Shown: positions 17,448 through 29,112 of the stretch, one piece after another
Layout of the letters: every line of letters begins with the position of its first letter
Numbering within the stretch: position 1 is the stretch's first letter
NCBI GenBank assembly: GCA_050949045.1
Contig: JBMNEZ010000001.1
Coordinates: forward strand, 672,001 to 736,000
Source of the DNA: Candidatus Izemoplasmatales bacterium
GTDB lineage: Bacteria; Bacillota_I; Bacilli_A; Izemoplasmatales; Hujiaoplasmataceae
DNA length: 64,000 nucleotides
Direction of reading: 5' to 3'
Translations under genes and position numbers: made by a program
The notes under the pieces: generated by a model
Told to the model about the DNA's origin: nothing
Databases searched by the model: none
What the model saw: the letters and a program-made list of their open reading frames with translations, nothing else

Positions 17448-20195
17448 TCAAGATTGTAACTCATCGACAATATCGCGACAACGCGGGCAAAGACCGTCTT
17501 CATCGATTTCGTCGACGACCACCCAGCAACGCGAACAGACATCTCCAGCAGCCGGCTGTACATCAACGCTGAGATCCGGGACTTTGAAGGATCCTTCGCC
17601 CTCCAGTTTGACATCCAGTTTGGAAACAATGAAAACCTGTTTCAAATCGACATTCAATCTCGAAAGCAATTTCCGGTACTTACCTTTCGGATAGATCGTC
17701 ACATGAGCACTCAGGCTCTTACCGATCAATTTATCGTTTCTGGCTATTTCCAATGCTTTGAGAACGCCCTCTCTTAGTTCCATGAAAAGATCGTAATCTT
17801 CTTCGATCCGCCCCGAATATTCCTTGACTTGCGGCAAGTCCAAAAGGTAGACGTCTTCGGCTTCCCGATGGCGAAGGTATCCATAGGCTTCGGATGTCGT
17901 ATGGGGAATGATCGGCGTCAAGACCCGGAGAATGGTGTCGAGGCTTTCATAGAAAACCGTCTGCATCCGCCTCCGTTTCGGGTCGTTTTGCTTTTCAATA
18001 TAAAGAACATCCTTGGCAAAGTCCAGATAAAAGGCGGACATGAAGGCGACATAGTTGTTTGTCTGACGATAGACATCGTCAAAACGAAAATCCTCGTAAG
18101 CAGCGCATGTCGCTTTTAGGAAGTTATTCGTTTTGATCATGATGTATTGGTCAATCTCGGCGAGATCCGCGAAAGCGACTTTGTTTTCTTCAGGATCGAA
18201 ATCAGCCAGGTTGCCAAGCATAAACTTGATGGTGTTACGGATCTTGCGGTATGCTTCCGAAACCTGTTTCAATAATTCATCCGAGAGGCGGACATCGGCT
18301 TGATAGTCGACACTGGCGACCCAGAGCCTGAAGATGTCTGCCCCGAGCGTACCGGTAATCTTGTTTGGATCAACGACATTGCCGAGTGATTTGGACATTT
18401 TGCGGCCCTCGCCGTCGAGGACGAATCCGTGCGAGACGAGCGTCCGAAAAGGACTGGTGCCGGTCGTGGCGACACCGGTCGTCAAACTGGAATTGAACCA
18501 GCCGCGATATTGGTCGGACCCCTCAAAATAGAGATCGGCGGGATAAGGGTAGCCGATATCCTTCATTGCGCCGTGGTGGCTGCTTCCCGAATCAAACCAG
18601 ACATCCATGATATCGGTTTCTTTTGTGAACTCGCCGTTTGGCGAATCGGGATGGGTGAACCCTTCGGGAAGCAGGAGCGAAGCGGGTAGGGTGAACCAGG
18701 CATTCGTTCCTTCTTTCTCGACAATCTTGGCAACGTGGAGAATAACGTCCTTATCAAGGACGGTAGTGCCTTTTTCGGTATAGAAAGCCGGGATCGGGAC
18801 GCCCCAGGCGCGCTGCCTGGAAATGCACCAGGAACGGCGTTCGCGGATCATGTTGCCGAGCCTGACATTTCCCCAAGAAGGATAACATTTGATCGTCTCG
18901 ATCGCCTTCAGAATGTCTTGTTTAAAGAGATCGATCGAAGCGAACCACTGGGGTGTCGCCCGGAAAATAACCGGCTTACCCGTCCGCCAGTCGTGCGGAT
19001 AACTATGGCTGATCGTAACGCTTTTGAGTAGCGCCCCGGTCTCACTCAGGAGTTTGATCACCTCGAGGTTGCAGTCATCCACAAACAGGCCCTGCAAACG
19101 AGGCCCGGCTTCTTCGGTCATACAGCCATGGCTGTCAACCGGACAAAAAACGTCGAGACCGTATTTCTGGCCAACGATGTAATCGTCTTCGCCGTGGCCG
19201 GGAGCAGTGTGCACGAGCCCGGTACCGTCATCCGTCGTCACATGGTCGCCCAAGATTACTGGTGAAATGCGATTATAGAAGGGATGATGGTAGGTCACGC
19301 CTTCGAGTTCGACGCCAACGTAGATGCCTAAGGTCTCGACTTTATCCCATCCCAGAATTTCCTGTAGTTTGGCAACGAGGGTATTGGCAACCACAAAAGT
19401 GCGGCCGTCGTTGACTTTGACCAGCGCATATTGGATTTCGTCACCGAGACAGATGGCTAGGTTAGCCGGAATCGTCCACGGCGTAGTCGTCCATATCAGC
19501 AATTCGCTGTTCCTTGGCAAGATGCCCTTGCCGTCCTTGACACGCATGGCGACAAAGATTGACGGCGAAGTCACATCTTTGTATTCGATTTCCGCCTCGG
19601 CAAGCGCCGATTCGCTCGATGGCGACCAATAGACAGGTTTCATGCCTTTGAAAATCAAGCCGTTCTCAACCATTTTTGCGAAAAGTCTCAGTTGCGAGGC
19701 CTCATAGCCCTTGGTCATCGTGATGTATGGATGATCCCACTCGCCAAGAACACCGAGACGCTTGAACTGCCGCCGCTGATTGTCAATCTGTTCCATAGCA
19801 TACTCGGCGCACATCTCTCGAAATTTGACGACATCGACTTTTTTACGATCGACTTTTCTGTCATTTGAAAGCGCGTTTTCGATCGGAAGCCCATGGGTAT
19901 CCCATCCCGGAAGATAAGGAGCCTTGAAACCTGACATATTCCGGTAGCGAACCACAAAATCCTTCAAGACTTTATTGAAGGCGGTTCCGGCATGGATCGA
20001 ACCGTTGGCGTATGGCGGACCGTCATGAAGTATATAGAGGGGTCGGTCCTCATTTTTAGCCAAAACCTTGTCATACAACCGGCTGTCTTCCCAACGTTTC
20101 TGGATCATCGGTTCGTTCTGGCCAAGGTTCCCCCGCATGGGAAAATCCGTTCTTGGCATCAATAATGTGTCTTTAAAATCCTTCTTTGTATCCAT
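17448..20195 (-). CDS. ileS: Isoleucine--tRNA ligase (type 1 architecture)
   Basis: LHDGPPYANG, GWDTHGLPIE, WTTTPWT, WCISRQRAWG, EGSDQYRGWF, KMSKS, C-terminal CSRC...CPRC zinc site; ATG 20195 with GGAGG RBS. Confidence 0.97.
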   Translation of the reverse strand: MDTKKDFKDTLLMPRTDFPMRGNLGQNEPMIQKRWEDSRLYDKVLAKNEDRPLYILHDGPPYANGSIHAGTAFNKVLKDFVVRYRNMSGFKAPYLPGWDTHGLPIENALSNDRKVDRKKVDVVKFREMCAEYAMEQIDNQRRQFKRLGVLGEWDHPYITMTKGYEASQLRLFAKMVENGLIFKGMKPVYWSPSSESALAEAEIEYKDVTSPSIFVAMRVKDGKGILPRNSELLIWTTTPWTIPANLAICLGDEIQYALVKVNDGRTFVVANTLVAKLQEILGWDKVETLGIYVGVELEGVTYHHPFYNRISPVILGDHVTTDDGTGLVHTAPGHGEDDYIVGQKYGLDVFCPVDSHGCMTEEAGPRLQGLFVDDCNLEVIKLLSETGALLKSVTISHSYPHDWRTGKPVIFRATPQWFASIDLFKQDILKAIETIKCYPSWGNVRLGNMIRERRSWCISRQRAWGVPIPAFYTEKGTTVLDKDVILHVAKIVEKEGTNAWFTLPASLLLPEGFTHPDSPNGEFTKETDIMDVWFDSGSSHHGAMKDIGYPYPADLYFEGSDQYRGWFNSSLTTGVATTGTSPFRTLVSHGFVLDGEGRKMSKSLGNVVDPNKITGTLGADIFRLWVASVDYQADVRLSDELLKQVSEAYRKIRNTIKFMLGNLADFDPEENKVAFADLAEIDQYIMIKTNNFLKATCAAYEDFRFDDVYRQTNNYVAFMSAFYLDFAKDVLYIEKQNDPKRRRMQTVFYESLDTILRVLTPIIPHTTSEAYGYLRHREAEDVYLLDLPQVKEYSGRIEEDYDLFMELREGVLKALEIARNDKLIGKSLSAHVTIYPKGKYRKLLSRLNVDLKQVFIVSKLDVKLEGEGSFKVPDLSVDVQPAAGDVCSRCWVVVDEIDEDGLCPRCRDIVDELQS

Positions 20196-20210
20196 GTTTG
20201 TCATCCTCCA

Positions 20211-20430
20211 ATAAAAAAACCGCCCGGTAAAGGACGGTCTTGACCGTGGTACCACCTTTGTTCCGGGTGCAACCCGGCTCTTATAGCCGTTAACGCAGGC
20301 AGGCGTGGGGACTTACTGCATTCGGTTCCCATCTCTTGGGTGATAATCGTTCCGTTTCTGGCACCTGTTCTCACCAGCCACAGGCTCTCTCATCCTTAAC
20401 GGCGACGATCTTGTCCCAATCATCGATCAT
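20211..20430 (-). promoter_or_regulatory. Isoleucine T-box riboswitch (specifier AUC) with terminator
   Basis: AGAGA bulge, GGUGAGA loop, AUC at 20344-20342, AAAGGTGGTACCACG T-box, terminator ACCGTCC/GGGCGGT plus T-tract; promoter TTGCTA-17-TATAAT at 20476-20448. Confidence 0.94.
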
Positions 20431-20487
20431 GATAGATTAACACGGTTATTATAGACCAACACCGATGTAATAGCAAGCATCTTTCGG

Positions 20488-20751
20488 CTATCTGAGCGCG
20501 GATGCGATGAACGAAAGTAACAATTGAAAGAGAAGCAGGCCGATCAACGGCGAGAGATCGAAGGTGCCGCGGATAACCACCCACCCTCGAAAATAGCGGA
20601 GATATAGTGAGGTTATCTTGTCAATGAAATCGTAAAACCACGTGTTGCGAATCGGAGTCCAACTCAAAATGATCGTGAAGATCATCAAATAGTAATAGGC
20701 AGACAACGCCCAATATGAATATTGAAGAATAATGACCAGGTATTCGGGCAT
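20488..20751 (-). CDS. yggT: YggT/YlmG family membrane protein
   Basis: IILSW...KIT..YL..FR...FDLSPLI pattern; follows sepF. Confidence 0.85.
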   Translation of the reverse strand: MPEYLVIILQYSYWALSAYYYLMIFTIILSWTPIRNTWFYDFIDKITSLYLRYFRGWVVIRGTFDLSPLIGLLLFQLLLSFIASALR

Positions 20752-20754
20752 TGC

Positions 20755-21072
20755 TCATCGCTTCTGATAGTCATTGATAAATTTTGTGAGCGTCGGCCCT
20801 TTGAGATCCGTTTTTTGGGCCATCAGGTAGATGCGTTCCTGAATCTTGACAATTTCACCATCACAGGCATAAAGAACTCCGCTCAGAAACATCAAAACTT
20901 CGTTGGCCTCCGTTGGCGTAGCTCCTGCGAAATTCAAAACGATCGGCAGTCTGTGCATGATCGCTTCCGCATATTCATAGATTGCCGAATTGTCCAACAC
21001 CCGGTAGAACTTCAGATCGTCAAAATCAACATCGGTCGCTTCGACTTTTGGTTTTTTGCGAAATAATCCCAT
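20755..21072 (-). CDS. sepF: Cell division protein SepF (short form)
   Basis: N-terminal amphipathic MGLFRKK; PIVLNF...FLSGVLYACDGEIVKI; lies between yggS and yggT. Confidence 0.88.
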   Translation of the reverse strand: MGLFRKKPKVEATDVDFDDLKFYRVLDNSAIYEYAEAIMHRLPIVLNFAGATPTEANEVLMFLSGVLYACDGEIVKIQERIYLMAQKTDLKGPTLTKFINDYQKR

Positions 21073-21074
21073 CA

Positions 21075-21731
21075 TTAATCCCTCGCTTTTGAACAATATA
21101 GTATGCGCCCGAGTCGGAGATGAGTAGCACCGCAGGCAAGGGCAATCTTGTAGTCGTTAGTCATCCCCATCGACAAAAACTTACAGGGAGCGTGCGGAAG
21201 TCCGAGATCCCTGACTTGATCCCTGAGTTTGGCCAAAGTCAGGAAACAATCCCTGATCAAGCCTTCATCCGCATTGAGGGGAGCCATGCCCATCAGACCG
21301 ACGATGACTATCTTATCATATTTTACCATATTTTGACAAAATTCAACAACCAACTCCGGCAGTAAGCCCGCTTTTGTGGGTTCATCGGTCAGATGGACTT
21401 CAACAAAACAGTTCAGTTTTGTTTGCCGGTGCTTCTGAATCTCGATCGCCAAACTCTCCCGGTCGAGCGAATGGAGCCAATCGATCTCGTTGATGACCCG
21501 CTTCACCTTGTTCGACTGCAGTGTCCCGATAAAGTGCCATACGAGAGGTAAGTCACATAGTCCGGCTTTCTTTGAAAGCAGATCTATGGCCCTGTTCTCA
21601 CCCACATCCGTTATTCCAAGAGTTGCAAGCTCACGGATGGTAGCCGATCCGACAGTCTTCGTCACCGCAACGACCGTCGTAGTCTTCATCAAATCGAGGA
21701 CTTCACTGATTGCCTTTCTATCGATCGTCAT
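21075..21731 (-). CDS. yggS: PLP homeostasis protein YggS/YlmE
   Basis: VAVTK, GENR, WHFIGTLQSNK, GLMGMAP, LSMGMTNDY, GATHLRLG. Confidence 0.95.
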   Translation of the reverse strand: MTIDRKAISEVLDLMKTTTVVAVTKTVGSATIRELATLGITDVGENRAIDLLSKKAGLCDLPLVWHFIGTLQSNKVKRVINEIDWLHSLDRESLAIEIQKHRQTKLNCFVEVHLTDEPTKAGLLPELVVEFCQNMVKYDKIVIVGLMGMAPLNADEGLIRDCFLTLAKLRDQVRDLGLPHAPCKFLSMGMTNDYKIALACGATHLRLGRILYCSKARD

Positions 21732-21904
21732 CTCACATATTCCTCTTCTTTCGGTTCGCATAAGAAAAAAATCCTGTTAGTGTCAATAAATAGATAGAGA
21801 GGACGATTTTGAGAAATGTGTTGTCAGTCCAGAAAATGATTGTCAGAACGACCAAGACGAGATTCAAAAGATAGTAACAAAGAAACAACCAGAATTTGGT
21901 CTTC

Positions 21905-22639
21905 TTACTCAATTCGACTCACCTTTTCCCTCAACTCACGCAATCCTTCCGGGCTTTGGTTGGCAAACTTGAGCGGCGTGATCGAGATATAACCATTGAG
22001 TTCGGCCCATATGTCGGTCTCTGGTTTTGGCAAGACTTTGCTAAAACGCCGGCGGTTCTGGTAGATACCCGCTTCAAGCCTGACATAATAGTCTCCGTCG
22101 ACCCTGAACCCGAGATCGGTGATCATGATGCCTTTCGACTGTGAGTAGTTGCGACTCACAAAATTAACATTTAAAAGGTAATCAGAACTAAGGAGGCCCT
22201 TGCCTAAGATCAAGTCCATGACCTTATCGAATTCTTTTTCAGCGGGATCAAAATGGTTGTAATCAGCGGAAAAAGCGATTGCGGGGAAACCGTATTTCAA
22301 TGCTTCGAGACAAGCGCCTACCGTACCCGAATATACGGTATCCGCGCCGATATTAAAACCGTTGTTGATGCCGGAAACGACAAAATCTGGTTTGAGTTTG
22401 AGCCCATGGAGCGCAAAAGACACCGTGTCCGCGGGCGTTCCGTCGACACTAAAAACATTGTCCGCATGTTTATGGACAACCGTCTCATTCCATGACACTC
22501 TTGAGACGGAAGCGCCGGACATCTGCCGGTGGGGAGCGACGATTGTCAGGTTTCCGTAGTTGGCGATTTTTTGAGTCAACAATCTGATGCCGAGTGAATT
22601 GTAGCCGTCATCGTTGGTCACAAGGATCATGCGCTTCAT
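21905..22639 (-). CDS. surE: 5'/3'-nucleotidase SurE
   Basis: ILVTNDDG, GTPAD, VVSGINNG, YSGTVGA, ISITPL. Confidence 0.95.
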   Translation of the reverse strand: MKRMILVTNDDGYNSLGIRLLTQKIANYGNLTIVAPHRQMSGASVSRVSWNETVVHKHADNVFSVDGTPADTVSFALHGLKLKPDFVVSGINNGFNIGADTVYSGTVGACLEALKYGFPAIAFSADYNHFDPAEKEFDKVMDLILGKGLLSSDYLLNVNFVSRNYSQSKGIMITDLGFRVDGDYYVRLEAGIYQNRRRFSKVLPKPETDIWAELNGYISITPLKFANQSPEGLRELREKVSRIE

Positions 22640-22929
22640 ATGACACGCTCCTCTGGCTTCAGGCTTGGATTGGCTTTATAGATGACAAGATTTTTGCCGA
22701 TGGTCTGGACCATTTCGATCCCTGTTTTTGCCAACTCTATCCCAACTTCGGCAGGCTTCAGAGGACAAGAAGGCAAAATCGCCAATTTACCTAGCTCATG
22801 CTTAAATAAATAATTGTCAATTTGTTTTAGAACCGGTCCAGTCAAGCCATCTTTGCCAATCTGAAACATCGGTTTAATCGTCTGGGCGATCTGCCGCATT
22901 CTGATGATGTCTTTCTTCGTCAATCCCAT
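22636..22929 (-). CDS. yhbY: YhbY-like RNA-binding (CRM) protein
   Basis: KPMFQIGKDGLT, HELGK, VQTIGKNLVIYK; ATG 22929 with GGAGG RBS. Confidence 0.88.
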   Translation of the reverse strand: MGLTKKDIIRMRQIAQTIKPMFQIGKDGLTGPVLKQIDNYLFKHELGKLAILPSCPLKPAEVGIELAKTGIEMVQTIGKNLVIYKANPSLKPEERVI

Positions 22930-22939
22930 ATTGTCCTCC

Positions 22940-24379
22940 TCAAGCATACAGCGGCAATAAAATCGCAAGGCTGATTGAATAATAAAGTGTCAGCGTGATT
23001 ATGTCCGCAATCGTTGTGATGAAAGGTCCAGAAGCAACCACAGGGTCGATTTTAAATTTGTTCAGCACCAACGGAATCAACGCACCAAGCAGCGTTGAGA
23101 CCATAAGCGCAACCATTACCGCTGTGCCGGTGACCAAAGCAGTGACGACCGATCGGTACTCAAACAATGTTCCGGATATGATCCAATTGGACACAATGAT
23201 GATAATAACGATCAAGATTCCGATTGAAACCCCTTGAACAATGCCGGTCCCAATTTCGCGTAACAGATATTTTCTAATCGCCTTTTTGGCCAGTTCCTTC
23301 TTTGATGTCGTAAGATATCTGATCATGACTGCCAAGCTCTGGGTGCCGGCATTTCCACTCATATCTAGGATCAAGGGCAGATATATCGCAAGTTTGGTGG
23401 AAAGTTGAATCGCTCCTTCAGAAAACGTCATATCCCCTTCAAACAGGGACATAATCAGGGTGGTGAGCATGCTGAGGAGCAACAATAGCGACAGCCAAGG
23501 CAGTCTTTGTTTGACAGAGTCAACAAGCGTATCGCGTTCAAGGTCGATCTCGCCATCGATCAGGCCGGCGAACTTGGCATAGTCCTCCGATCGTTCGCTG
23601 GCAACAATATCCATCAGATCATCGTGGGTCAGAATCCCGACAAGATGCATGTTCTCATCAACGATCGGCAATGAGGAGTTGCCGTAATCTTGCATCAAAT
23701 GGGCTACTTCTTCCTTGTCGTCGGTCGGATGAGCGTAGATCAGCCTAGTTTCCATTATATCCTTGATTTTTTCATCAGCGCGGGCTACGATCAGTGTTTT
23801 CAGTTTTAGATATCCGACGAGTTTGTTGCTTTTAACGACATAGATGATGGAGATGTAGTCGGTGTCTCCGGCTGTGGAAACAACCTTCTTCATCGCTTCC
23901 TTGACACTCATCGATTCGGTAAGTTTGAGATAACTGGCCGACATCGCCGAACCAATCTCGTTGTCGCTGTAAACCAGCAGTTTATTTAACTCTGCCCTTT
24001 TTCTGGGAGAAAGCAAACTGAGCAGATCGAACTCTTCATCTTCGATTTCAAGGTATTTGAGCAGATCGACAGCGTCGTCCGTTTCCATCCGGTCAACGAT
24101 TTTAACGGCATGTTCCTTGGGAATCCTTTTAAGAATTGCGATTGCATCTTCTTCTTCAAAATGTTCAATGATCGACGCTGAAAAATCCAACTCAAAATGC
24201 GTTAGCAGGGTGGCTTGGATGCCTTGATCAAGTTCCATCAGCGCTTTGGCGAGATCGAAAGGATGGTACTCATCGAGCATCGTCTCAAGTTCCGCGTCAA
24301 GCGGATGGGTCTCAATCAGTGAAAGAATTTCCTTGGTGAAGTCGCGATCTTTTGAAAGATATTTGTTTTCTGTATGCAT
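22940..24379 (-). CDS. mgtE: Magnesium transporter MgtE (paralog 2)
   Basis: N domain, CBS pair, RLPWL, GNAGTQS, DPVVASGPFITTIAD. Confidence 0.92.
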   Translation of the reverse strand: MHTENKYLSKDRDFTKEILSLIETHPLDAELETMLDEYHPFDLAKALMELDQGIQATLLTHFELDFSASIIEHFEEEDAIAILKRIPKEHAVKIVDRMETDDAVDLLKYLEIEDEEFDLLSLLSPRKRAELNKLLVYSDNEIGSAMSASYLKLTESMSVKEAMKKVVSTAGDTDYISIIYVVKSNKLVGYLKLKTLIVARADEKIKDIMETRLIYAHPTDDKEEVAHLMQDYGNSSLPIVDENMHLVGILTHDDLMDIVASERSEDYAKFAGLIDGEIDLERDTLVDSVKQRLPWLSLLLLLSMLTTLIMSLFEGDMTFSEGAIQLSTKLAIYLPLILDMSGNAGTQSLAVMIRYLTTSKKELAKKAIRKYLLREIGTGIVQGVSIGILIVIIIIVSNWIISGTLFEYRSVVTALVTGTAVMVALMVSTLLGALIPLVLNKFKIDPVVASGPFITTIADIITLTLYYSISLAILLPLYA

Positions 24380-24389
24380 CTTATCCCTC

Positions 24390-25787
24390 CTACAAGTAAT
24401 TGGCAAAAAGGATGCTTGCCAACCCGAAATAGATTAATAGAGATATGATGTCATTGATCGTGGTGATTAATGGACCTGAGGCGACAGCGGGATCGACTTT
24501 CAACAAATTGAACATCATCGGCACTATGGCTCCTGCGAGTGTTGCGACAATCTGGGAAACAGAGATTGACAAAGCAATCACCAGCGCAAACGGCAAAACC
24601 TCCGCAAAAGGATTTCCTTGAAGCATCCGCATACCAATCACGAGCAGAAACAGCATGCAGCCGATGATAATGCCGTTGATGATGCCGGTGAGCAGTTCTT
24701 TTAACAAATGGCGCCTCACGGCTTTCCTACCATCAAGCTGGTTGGTTGCGAACAGGCGGATAATCACGCCAAGGCTTTGAACACCGGTATTTCCTGCGAG
24801 ATTTAGAATCACCGGCATGAACAGTGCAAGGGTCGGAATTAGCTTCAAAACATCTTCAAAGCCAGTGATGATGGAACTGGTTATCAAATTGATGAACAAC
24901 AAGATAAGCAACCAAGGCATTCGCTTTTTCACTGAGGAATAGACCGTTTCTTTCTTCTCGTCGATCACAATCTCAGTAAGACCGGCCAATTTCGAATAGT
25001 CGTTGTCCGACTCCTTGTTCAAAACCTCGAACATGTCGTCGAATGAGACGATGCCGAGCATCTTAAAATCCTTGTTAACAACCGGCAACAAGACAAAGTC
25101 ATAGTCTTTCATCGTCTCAATTGCTTCCTCGTTTTTGGTCCAGGGGGTTATGGCCACCAAGTTTGTGGTCATGATGTCTTTGATCAGTTCTTGCGGCCTG
25201 TTGCCGGCGGAGATTATTTCCTTGAGCGAAAGCACGCCCACGAGATAGCCGCTGTCGACAACGTAGAGATTGTTAATGAATTCAGTCTGGGGAGCCTGGT
25301 CAACCATCTTTTTGATTGCCGTCTTGACGCTGTCTTCTTTGTTTATCTGAATATAGTTGTTGTTCATGATTGAGCCGGCTAGGTTTTCATTGAAATCCAG
25401 GAGTGCCATGATCCCCTGCCGCTTCTTTTGGCCTACAAGCGTCAGATAAGTCAAGCGTTCGTCGGGATCGGTGAAACATTCGATGACGTCGATCAGGTCA
25501 TCGGATTGCATTCCTTCAAAGATGTCTTTGATTTGGCCAGCTGGCATAATCCTAAGAAGCTCAACTGCCTCTTCAGGCGGAAGTTGCGCAAAAATGTTCG
25601 CAAGCTGGTCGCTTGTGAAGCATTGAAAAAACTGATCGCGCTCGGAGTCGGTCAGCGTCAACATCACCTGAGACAACTCGTAATCATGATAAATATCAAG
25701 TTGAATCCGTTTCTCCGCAGGAGGAATATCGCTCCTGAGGATTGTCAAAATTTCCGACTCATACTGCATCAAGTCGATATCATCCAT
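24390..25787 (-). CDS. mgtE: Magnesium transporter MgtE (paralog 1)
   Basis: AGSIM, CBS pair, RMPWL, GNTGVQS, DPAVASGPLITTIND. Confidence 0.93.
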   Translation of the reverse strand: MDDIDLMQYESEILTILRSDIPPAEKRIQLDIYHDYELSQVMLTLTDSERDQFFQCFTSDQLANIFAQLPPEEAVELLRIMPAGQIKDIFEGMQSDDLIDVIECFTDPDERLTYLTLVGQKKRQGIMALLDFNENLAGSIMNNNYIQINKEDSVKTAIKKMVDQAPQTEFINNLYVVDSGYLVGVLSLKEIISAGNRPQELIKDIMTTNLVAITPWTKNEEAIETMKDYDFVLLPVVNKDFKMLGIVSFDDMFEVLNKESDNDYSKLAGLTEIVIDEKKETVYSSVKKRMPWLLILLFINLITSSIITGFEDVLKLIPTLALFMPVILNLAGNTGVQSLGVIIRLFATNQLDGRKAVRRHLLKELLTGIINGIIIGCMLFLLVIGMRMLQGNPFAEVLPFALVIALSISVSQIVATLAGAIVPMMFNLLKVDPAVASGPLITTINDIISLLIYFGLASILFANYL

Positions 25788-25880
25788 TTCATCATCCCTC
25801 CTTCCGCTATAATTGTGATTTTATCACCAAAAATCGCAATACACAACCTTTTTTCATTAAAAAAGGCTGTGCCCAGCCTT

Positions 25881-27074
25881 TTACTTTTTGAATCGCTCTT
25901 TTAGCCAAGATGGAATCTGGATATCGTCCTCAGGTTCGGATTCCGGTTTGGCGATCGGGATCTGATCCCTGCCTGCCTTCAATTTCTTCCTTTGTTCCTT
26001 TTTCTCCTGTCTGGTCAGTTTTTGATACGCCGGTTCATTCTGATCATATCCTTTTAAAGGACCCTCAACAGCTTCCGGCATCTCGCTCGCCTTTTCAAGG
26101 GTGTATTCCTTGAACAGGGGATCTTCGCTGAATCCCGTGGCGATAACTGTTACGATGATTTCGTCATCGAGATCGGAATTGATTGCCGATCCATAGATGA
26201 CATTGATATCTGTTGTGGAAGATTTTTGGATCTCCTCAATAATCTCGTTGATCTCGTATAGCGAGGCATTAAACCCGGACGTGATATTGACAATCGCGTC
26301 GGTCGCACCGTTGATCGAGGTTTCAAGCAAAGGACTCCTGATTGCCGCGCGGGCGGCTTCAATCGCGCGATTTTCTCCGCTGGCGATGCCGATGCCCATA
26401 AGAGCGGTGCCTTTGTCCTTCATAACCGTCTTGACATCAGCGAAGTCCACGTTGACAACTCCGGGAACGGCAATGATCTCGGTGATACCTTGGACACCTT
26501 GGCGAAGAACGTTGTCGGCTTCCCTGAAGGCATCAAGATAGGGGGTGTTTTTATCGACAATATACAGTAGTTTGTCATTGGGAATAGCGATAAGGGTATC
26601 GACATAAGGCTTGAGTTCCTCAAGCCCTTGAATCGCAACGCTCATCCGCTTACGGCCTTCGAAGCCAAAGGGTTTAGTGACGATACCGATCGTCAGGCAA
26701 CCCATTTCTCTGGCGATGCGAGCGATGACGGGTGCGGCTCCGGTTCCGGTTCCACCACCCATTCCGGCAGTGATGAACACCATGTCAGTATCAGCGAGGA
26801 TATCCCGGATCTCGTCTTCCGACTCCAAAGCGGCCTGACGGCCGATTTCGGGGCTGGCACCGGCACCAAGGCCTCTTGTGAGCATCTTCCCAAGTTGAAG
26901 CCGGACGTCGGCTTTGGACAGTTTCAAAACTTGGGCGTCGGTATTCATGCTGACAAATTCGACTCCCTGAACATCGTTCTCGATCATTCGGTTGATCGCT
27001 GAGCCGCCACCGCCACCGACACCGATGACCTTGATATTCGGTTTTTGGTTGAATTTTTCATTAGCGTCAAACAT
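25881..27074 (-). CDS. ftsZ: Cell division protein FtsZ
   Basis: [19 protein letters not shown] tubulin signature, NVDFADV, C-terminal DIQIPSWLK peptide. Confidence 0.98.
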   Translation of the reverse strand: MFDANEKFNQKPNIKVIGVGGGGGSAINRMIENDVQGVEFVSMNTDAQVLKLSKADVRLQLGKMLTRGLGAGASPEIGRQAALESEDEIRDILADTDMVFITAGMGGGTGTGAAPVIARIAREMGCLTIGIVTKPFGFEGRKRMSVAIQGLEELKPYVDTLIAIPNDKLLYIVDKNTPYLDAFREADNVLRQGVQGITEIIAVPGVVNVDFADVKTVMKDKGTALMGIGIASGENRAIEAARAAIRSPLLETSINGATDAIVNITSGFNASLYEINEIIEEIQKSSTTDINVIYGSAINSDLDDEIIVTVIATGFSEDPLFKEYTLEKASEMPEAVEGPLKGYDQNEPAYQKLTRQEKKEQRKKLKAGRDQIPIAKPESEPEDDIQIPSWLKERFKK

Positions 27075-27219
27075 ACTTTCCCCCCGGTTCGGTTAATCCC
27101 GTAAACATCTTTGTCATTAATAACAGATATTCAAATATTTCAAGCATATTATATAGGGAAGGTGCTGATTTTTCAATATCAATCGTGTTATTTTCGCCAG
27201 ATATGGAAATCCTCACAAG

Positions 27220-28940
<1,721 letters not shown>

Positions 28941-29112
28941 AGATTCCTCCTATTGTTAACATAAATGCCCATTAATGATTTTACTATATATAGCGCTTCT
29001 TTCAAAATCAATTGCGTATTTTTTCTTGAATTAGTCTGTCGATTTGCTATAATTAAAGCGCATTCTTAGCCAGACATGACTATTTTGCCTGAAAAGAAGG
29101 GGGCTTTCCAGT

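Noticed and set aside
11747..20300. Shared GCGTTAACGG...AAGAGCCGG...CCGGAACAAAGGTGGTACC at about 11750-11800 and 20245-20297 as a dispersed repeat
   Set aside because: Explained by homology between the two T-box leaders
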